From positions 64,001 through 128,000 of the IMG/VR virus record IMGVR_UViG_3300007171_000004: DNA of 64,000 nucleotides. One strand, given 5' to 3'. Positions within the stretch are counted from its first letter, which is position 1; each line of letters starts with the position of its first letter. The translations under genes were made by a program, and so were the position numbers. Below, piece by piece: positions 37,861-46,200 of the stretch. This stretch comes from a virus. Lineage: Duplodnaviria; Caudoviricetes. Below the pieces are notes generated by a model, which searched no databases, was not told the origin of the DNA, and worked only from the letters and a program-made list of their open reading frames with translations.

Positions 37861-40265
37861 TGGCTATCGAAAGTATAGATTTTACATTTGATTCTAGCTT
37901 AAATTATAGAAATTATATTCCTGCAAAAGCACCAACCTTATCTAGATATGATAATATTGGAACTCCTGGAAATACATCTTATAGCTACAAATTGTCTTTA
38001 GTTAATAATGATGGTGAATCTGATTTATCAGACGAAATTATTACCTATAACTCTAATTCAGTGTTATCATCATCAAATTACGTAAGAATATTTTGGAATC
38101 AATCTGAGCTAACCAATTATTACAAATTATATAAATTAGTTAACGGATCTTATGTATTTTTAGCTAATATTTATGATCACTTACATTATGATGATATTGG
38201 AACAACACCTAGCTCAATTAATCATCAAGGATATAATTCAACAGGATATGACCCATCATATGTAAATCTTGGATATCTAATGTATAGGTACTCCGGTGCA
38301 AATAAATATGATAATTATGTATCACCCTTAAGATTAGAACATATATTTCATGGTGCTAATTATTATAACAATACATTTAGTTATTTATTTAAAGTAATAA
38401 GATATACAAAAAATTTAGATTATTTATTTACAACAAACACGTCAAGTACACAAAATATACAATACATGATTTATAATCGCAAAGAAAATAAATTTTATCA
38501 AGGTGGCGTAGTTTATATATTTTTCCGTGGCACTACAAATATGTATATATATGATGCTGATATAAATGTAGAAAGCTCATCTGATGGATATGTAACTGTT
38601 TCAGGAAATACAGTCACAGGTACAAATACTAAATTTAATTCTTCTGGATTTAGTGTTGGTAGTAGAATAGGCTTTGGTTCCACAAACCCTGAAGCTATAA
38701 CAGAGTGGTATGAGGTAGCATCTATTATTTCAGATACTTCATTAACCCTAACAGAAACATTAAGTAAAACTTACCCTCCTAACTCACCTTATATCATTGA
38801 AGAAGTGATAATGTTAAGTGCAAATTATTGGAATACCAGTCCTTATAACTTAGGTGGTGTTTATATAACAAAAGGCATGAATTTTACATTCATGAAACAT
38901 AATAACACAGTTCCTTTTGCCACTACAGTAGATAGAATTAGAGCTACATATAGAATAATTAATTCTGGAACGAATATTATTACTTATGCTGGTTCGTTAG
39001 TATCATTGCCAAAAGCATCTAATAATGAACATATTTTTTATGCATCTATCGAACAAGGTAATACATTAAGAATCGCATGTTTTAATGCAAAAGCTCCTCT
39101 AACTCTAGTAGCAGGAGAGTCAACAAGTGCTTTAAAATTCATCACGAAAAGTTATGATTGTATAAATACAGCTGATGGTTTAAGAATGTTCTGTTTACCT
39201 TTTGGACCTGGAAGAAATAAATATTCTATATATTTCAGAAGTGGAGGTGCAAGTGTATTACAAAGAATAGATTTAAATGATCTTAAACAAGATGCTGATT
39301 TATTTGGGCAAGATCATGGATATGTAAGACCAATAGCTAATGCCTACAGAGGTTTTAGCTTAGTTAATCCTTCTAATGCAAGATATATCCCAAATCTAGA
39401 ACAAGTGTTATTTTCAGCAACAACAAATACTGTAATGCCATATGATACAAATTATCCATACTACTATAATGAGTTTGGAGAAGTTAATTATGAAAGTTCA
39501 GATTACAGAATGCCTTCTAAAGATACTGTATCACACTTAAAAGAAAGTTCAAACTTTAATATTTCAGATGGGCTTTGGTATTATGTAGCAAACAGTTATA
39601 AACTAGGCGTATTTCCGGGAGAAGCTGATTGGAGATTTGCTTCAAGAAATAATGCAAGAATTATTACTCATTCAATCGATACTAGTCATATAACAAAATT
39701 CAATAAATTATTAGTACATCATCCTGAAGTATTAGGAAGTCATGATTTAGGGTCGATGCCTGAACCATTTAGAGTTTACTTCAGAACAGAAGGTATATCA
39801 GATGACTCAGGAGATTGGTGTCTATTAAATGATTCTTTTGATATGTCATTTATAACTCCAAAAGACAATATTCAATTTATGCTTGAATTCAGAATATTAG
39901 GCAGAGCATCTGTTCCTAATAGAATTTATGGTTTATCAATATCGTATTTTGTTGATGAAGATTTACCTACAGGATTTGAATGGAATTTATATGATTCAAA
40001 TGCATCATCATCAATTATAGGATTTGAACAAACAAGTGTATTGAATACTTTAGGCAATTTTAAGATTACATATTATTTATCAGAATCAGATGAAGAAGTA
40101 TTTACAGCATACAGTACAGAAAATATAAATGGTTCTTTTCAATATTGGAATGGATCATCTTGGATAAATGGTGTTGGACCTAATATGTTTGGAACTAGAA
40201 GAAGATTTGCAGCTTCACATTATTTACCAAGCACTGATGTATATGCTAAAATTGCTTTAGTCTGA
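37860..40265 (+). CDS. Putative fibre/adhesin scaffold protein, paralog 6 (801 aa; core only)
   Basis: Same architecture as 17044..19539 (GSRIGFGS.NP, ATTVDR.RA.Y, PEPFRVYFRTEGISDDSG, NGVGPNMFGTRRRF). Confidence 0.75.
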   Translation: MAIESIDFTFDSSLNYRNYIPAKAPTLSRYDNIGTPGNTSYSYKLSLVNNDGESDLSDEIITYNSNSVLSSSNYVRIFWNQSELTNYYKLYKLVNGSYVFLANIYDHLHYDDIGTTPSSINHQGYNSTGYDPSYVNLGYLMYRYSGANKYDNYVSPLRLEHIFHGANYYNNTFSYLFKVIRYTKNLDYLFTTNTSSTQNIQYMIYNRKENKFYQGGVVYIFFRGTTNMYIYDADINVESSSDGYVTVSGNTVTGTNTKFNSSGFSVGSRIGFGSTNPEAITEWYEVASIISDTSLTLTETLSKTYPPNSPYIIEEVIMLSANYWNTSPYNLGGVYITKGMNFTFMKHNNTVPFATTVDRIRATYRIINSGTNIITYAGSLVSLPKASNNEHIFYASIEQGNTLRIACFNAKAPLTLVAGESTSALKFITKSYDCINTADGLRMFCLPFGPGRNKYSIYFRSGGASVLQRIDLNDLKQDADLFGQDHGYVRPIANAYRGFSLVNPSNARYIPNLEQVLFSATTNTVMPYDTNYPYYYNEFGEVNYESSDYRMPSKDTVSHLKESSNFNISDGLWYYVANSYKLGVFPGEADWRFASRNNARIITHSIDTSHITKFNKLLVHHPEVLGSHDLGSMPEPFRVYFRTEGISDDSGDWCLLNDSFDMSFITPKDNIQFMLEFRILGRASVPNRIYGLSISYFVDEDLPTGFEWNLYDSNASSSIIGFEQTSVLNTLGNFKITYYLSESDEEVFTAYSTENINGSFQYWNGSSWINGVGPNMFGTRRRFAASHYLPSTDVYAKIALV

Positions 40266-40275
40266 GGATAAGAAA

Positions 40276-43200
40276 ATAGCTGATATTATTTCAGATGGCT
40301 CATTTTCAATTTACACGAGCACATCAAATCAAACTTCAACTTCTCTTAATTTTAATGGGAATGTAAGTTTAACTTCGTCTAGTCCTTATGTACAAACAGC
40401 CTTATCTTACAGTATATCTGATAGTGAATTAATATACTCGGTAGCTCAATCTGTATTTACAAAATCTGCTAATCCATTTTACACATATACTACTGACGGT
40501 TTAAAATTATATGTAAATGCGTTCTCTAAAGATTCTTACCCAGGTACAGGAAATGTTTGGTATGATCTTTCTGGTAATAATGCTAATGTCACTCTTGTAA
40601 ATAGTCCAATAAAATCTCCATATTCTTTTGATTTTTCTGGTGCTACAGATTATGCCACTGGAACTGTTGTCATTTCTGATTCAAATCCTGGCGATACAGT
40701 CACAGTTGAATTTTTGATGTTTGGAGATTTAGCTACTTTCACTGTGCCATTTAAATTTGATGGACTTAATTACGGTATTTACACAAAAAATGGGCATCTA
40801 GGATTCAATACATGGTCAGATGATATTTACGGTGTTACATCTGCACCATATGAAAATGAATACAACCACTTTGTATTTATTTTTAAACGAAATCAAGTTG
40901 AAAATTGTAAGATGTACATCAATGGCAATCTTCAAACTTTAACAAATAGAATGAATCCTTATAATAATTCCAATGCTAATTTTAATAGTGGTGGATTTAT
41001 TATTGGAAATACTTTAAATACAAGTGGTTATAATGCCAATGTCCGTGTATGCTACTTAAGAATCTACAATAAAGAATTAGCCCAAGCAGAAGTTACACAA
41101 AACTATATCTGGTCAACAAAGATCTTTTATCCATTCTTTACAATTCCGAGTGCACCAGAAAAAATTACACAAGATTTAGTATTAGATATTGATGCTGGAA
41201 ATCTTTATTCATATCCTAGCTCTGGAACAAAAGTAATATCACCTAAACCATATGATAATCCTTCTATTTTAAGATCTATGATTATGCCTCTAGGTCTATC
41301 AACAAATTACATTGGAGGAGACATTGAAGGTGTATTATATAATGGAGTTGGATTCTCTACAAATTTTGGCGGTGTGTGGAATTTTGATGGAACTAATGAT
41401 TATATAGAATTTCCATACAATAGTGCAATAAATAATGCTGATAATTTTACTTTTGAATGCTGGTTTAAATCTAACAATATAGCTTTAGAACAAGTAATTT
41501 TTAACACAAATAATTATGGACAAAGCCCTGAGAGAGGATATCATATAGAAATCTACCAATCTAAAATGATCTTGCAGGTTTTTCCCTCTCAGCAATTTAC
41601 ATTTTCTACTGTCACTTTGCAATCAAATGTTTGGTATTTTCTATCTGTCACATATAGTAATGGTTCTGTAAATTACTATGTTAACAATGTATCTGCTGGA
41701 ACTGGGAATTACACTTTTATACCTTCTACAGCAACTTTATTAATTGGAAGATATCCTCAAGGATTTTTTAATCTTAATGGTCAAGTGAGCAATTTAAGAT
41801 TCTATTCAAGAGTATTAACTGAAACTGAAAGAAAATTGAACTATGATGCTTTGTCTCCTAGATTCCAAGTACAAGCATTAAATAACGTAAACTATCTACC
41901 AACTAAAGAAATGTATCCAGATATTGTTCAAACTGGATTACTTTTGAATATTGATCCTGGATATTATAAATCTTACACAGGATCTGGAACTACAATTAAT
42001 TCTTTAGTCAACAATTATACTGGCACTCTTAATAATGGTGTTGGATATTTAGCAAAGAATTACGGACAACTAGTTTTTGATGGTACTAATGATTATGTAA
42101 GCATCCCAAATGCAGATCTTTTAAATCTTGGAAGCAGTTTTACTATTTCAGCATGGGTTAAGATTAATGATATTAGTGCTACTGGTGTTTATGCTATATT
42201 CAATAATGTTGACATAAATCCAGGTGTAGTTACAAAAGGCTATTCTTTTTATTGGATAGGCTCTGGAATATATGGCATTAATTCAAAAAGTATCGCATTA
42301 CAATTTGGACAAAATGCATGGGAATGGAATGTTTATTCTTCAGCCGTTAACTCTATAAATGATACAAACTTTCATCATGTTGTAGTAACTATTTCGAATG
42401 CTAATACAAACAACCCAACTGTAAACTTTTATATAGATGGAAATGTTTCAACATCAAACTGGTGGAATTCTTCAACAAAAAGAGCAATTAATTACAATGA
42501 TAATGTAAACGCAATAAGAATTGGTCATTATTTTATTCCAACAGATCCTAATTATGCAAACACTAATGTATACGCAAACATAAATTTAGGAAATGTTCAA
42601 ATCTACACTACAGCATTATCAGGTAAAGAAATAAAGCAAAATTATTATGCTACATATTGGAAATTTAACACACAAATAAAATCTGGTCAACAATTATATC
42701 TTGACGCTGGTAATAATAACTCATATTCTGGCTCTGGTACATCTATTTTAGATATATCAGGAAATTCCAGAAATGGGACTCTAGTAAATGGTGTAGCTTT
42801 TACTTCTAATTACGAAGGTGGATTAATTTTTGATGGCACTAACGACCAAATCCAATTAAGTAGTGTAATTTTATCAGGATCGCAAGATTTTACAATTAGT
42901 GCATGGGTGGAAAGTACTGGCGGAGTTGGAACCATTTTTGGTAACTACCCTGCTGGCACACTCCAAATGTTCTATTCTCCAAACTATATTGGTTTCTGGT
43001 TGAATAACAATAGTGCTTATGCCAATGCTGCTTTATATTACAAATCTGGGCCTGTAAATTTAACTGTCCAAAGGTCTGGAGGTTCTAATCTTTTTGTATA
43101 TCTAGATGGACTATTAATTAAAACAGGGTCTTCAAACGCATTAATTGGAACAACTTCAGATTTTAGAATTGGTGCTACAACTGCAAATGCTGAATTATTC

Positions 43201-46200
43201 CAAGGAAGAATTTATAACATCCAAGTGTACAACAGAGCCTTATCCTTCTCTGAAATACAAGAAAATTACACAGCATATGCAAGTAAATTCGGAAAATCAG
43301 GTATTAAATTCTTATTAGAGAGCTCATCGTTAAGAAATTTAAATACACCTCAACCGCCATCAATTATATCTGCAGAGAATTTACCATCTCATACATTCAA
43401 TAATATCTTCTATGATAAATTTGATTATGGATTAAATCTAACATTAGGAGATACAGATTTTTATGAATTTGCATCTGATTTTGGTATTCAACAACTTGGC
43501 ATGTACAACTCTTGGCTCTATCCTATGGGCTTTAATAATGATCCAGGGGCTAAATACTCTTTCAATATTGGATTAAATTCTTTCTTAGATTTTCCAGGCG
43601 CTCCAATTACAAACACTGCAAGCTTTGAAAGAAATGGTATATATAGAGCACCAAGCAGCCCAGGAAATAAAGTAATTGCATATAACGTAAATTATGCAAG
43701 AGGAACAAACTTCTTCTACTCTGGATTCTTAAAAACTAATCTATATTATGAAACAACAGGTCTTACAGGTCTTGGTATAGGTATTCAAGGGGACGTAAAA
43801 TTAGGTTACTTTGCAGTTATTGATGTTAGAAATGGTACTGGCGAAACTGCTGCATTCCAATTAAGAAAAGACATTAATAATACAGTACCTCTAGCAACTG
43901 ACACCTCAATCACAATTCAAGCAGATAGATGGTATAGAATTAGCTTTACATGGTCTTCTGCTGGCCTTATTATTGCAAAACTTTATGATGGGGTTGGAGT
44001 ACTCCTTTCAACATTAACAGTTACAGATACATCATACACCTCTGGATATCTAGGAATTACAAGTTTCTCATTAAGCTCTTATGATAACTTGACAAATATA
44101 TTCAATCTTTCTTTTAGTCCTTCAGCAATTACAACAGCGGAAGCATTGAATAATAATAACGTTATAATCCCTGGAAATGTAAATCTTCTTTCTGGGACAA
44201 TTTCTAAGACTCTTGTAACTAACGGCTTATCTTTACATTATGATATTGGAAACAGCTCATCTTATAATGGAACTTCAACAATAACAGACCTTCAGGGAAA
44301 TTATAACGGAACAATTTCTGGAAGTCCAGTTCTTTACAATACATATGGAAAATATTTAGAGTTAAATAGTAGCAGTAATATCACTCTAAGTACTCTTCCT
44401 GCAACATTTTGGAATAATGCTTCTTGGACAGTTTCTTTCTGGGTGTGGGGGAATAATCTTTCAGCAACTTCAATTTATTTATTAATTCACGGAACGGCAG
44501 GAATTAATAACAGCTGGCTGCATTTAAGAATTAATACTACAAGAAGTATTACCTTTGGAATGTGGAATAATGATTTAAATTCTGTAAGTTTATTAGAACA
44601 TAACAGATGGCATTATATAACATTTAGATTTGATAAAACTAATCTTACTAAATCTATCTATATAGATGGTAAATTAGATGCCACTTCTTCATCAAATGCA
44701 TATATAGGTACTGGTACAAATACAATTTTATTTAGCCCTTTTAGTGGTAGGTTTGCTAAATTTGAAGCATACAATAGAGCACTTCAACCGCAAGAAATTA
44801 ACCAGAATTACATGGCTAATAAAGATAGATTTGGTAACCACTATCTTATTCCTAAATTCTATGAACAGTTTGAATCGACAAGCATTTTCACAGAGGGCGA
44901 TTTAGATCATTACATAAGATTGATTGATTATGGTCCTGGTTATGGTATTAATGCATTATTTACCCCTCCTTATATGGCTGGTTATGTTTCTGCAGCTGGA
45001 TGGACAGGTTATGGATTAGCAAGAGTACCAGGCGAGTCTTTCAAAATTGTAAACACATCTTTTAGCTATCTTTCTGATTCTAATTTCTTTTGGTCTGGTT
45101 GGCTAAAAGTACAGCCTAATTATCAAACTTCTTCTATTTCTGGATTAGGTTTTGGAATACAATCTTCTAATGTTCTTGGATATTTTGCTGTAATTGATAT
45201 AAGAAATGGTACAGGATCTTCAGCAGCGTTCCAATTAAGAAAAGACATCTATTCTGTACCATTAGTAACAGCAACAAATATTACGATAGTTCAAGATGAA
45301 TGGTATAGAATTACAATCACTTGGAATAATAGCTTAATAACTGTAAATCTTCATAATAAATTTGGAGATATCATTTCTACTTTAACAACAACAGATTATT
45401 CATATACTAGCGGAAAAGTGGGAATTGTTTCGTATTCTAATGCTTCCTTTGATAACTTTACAAACCTTACATATTTAACGATTTCTAGGGCAAAAGTAAG
45501 GCCTGATTTAATATCTGACAATCTACAATTCTACTATTCTCCATCAAATTTAGAATCATATCAAGGAACTGGGAATGCTTTGATAGATATGTCAAAAAAC
45601 TATGACATTATTAAAACAGGGCTAATTGTTCATCTTGAAGCTGGAAACAAATCTTCATATCCCGGTTCTGGTAATATTTGGTATAGTTTAGTAGGAAATG
45701 CATATGGAGAGCTGATTAACAATGTTGGTTTTGTAGATAATTATAAAGCTAGTTATTTTACATTAAATGGCACTAATCAATACATTCAATTAAACAATTT
45801 TACTTTTACTCAATCTTCTTCAGCAAATCAGTATACAATTATTATATCTGCAAAATTAAATTCAACATCATCTTCTAGAAGGCAATTAATATCTCCTGAC
45901 AATGCTGGTTTTGATTGGGGATTTGGAGCTGGAGATGGAACTAAATTCTCAATCTTTACTGGAGATAATATACAAACAGGAAGAAACCAAGACACTAATT
46001 GGCACATCTTCGCTGGACAATGGAGCTCTACTGGTACTAAACTATATATAGATGATGTAATTGATATCAATACTACTACAATTGGTTATGATTCAAGTAT
46101 TAATGTAACAAATATCGGTAGAAATCCAAGCTTTGGGGAATATTGGCATGGAACTGTATCAACTGTTTTAATTTATGATAGAATTTTAACAACACAAGAA

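Noticed and set aside
40714-40719. Track start of the giant gene at TTG 40714 / ATG 40717
   Set aside because: It falls inside the first LamG domain, has no SD, and would leave 450 nt of open, clearly coding frame unexplained.
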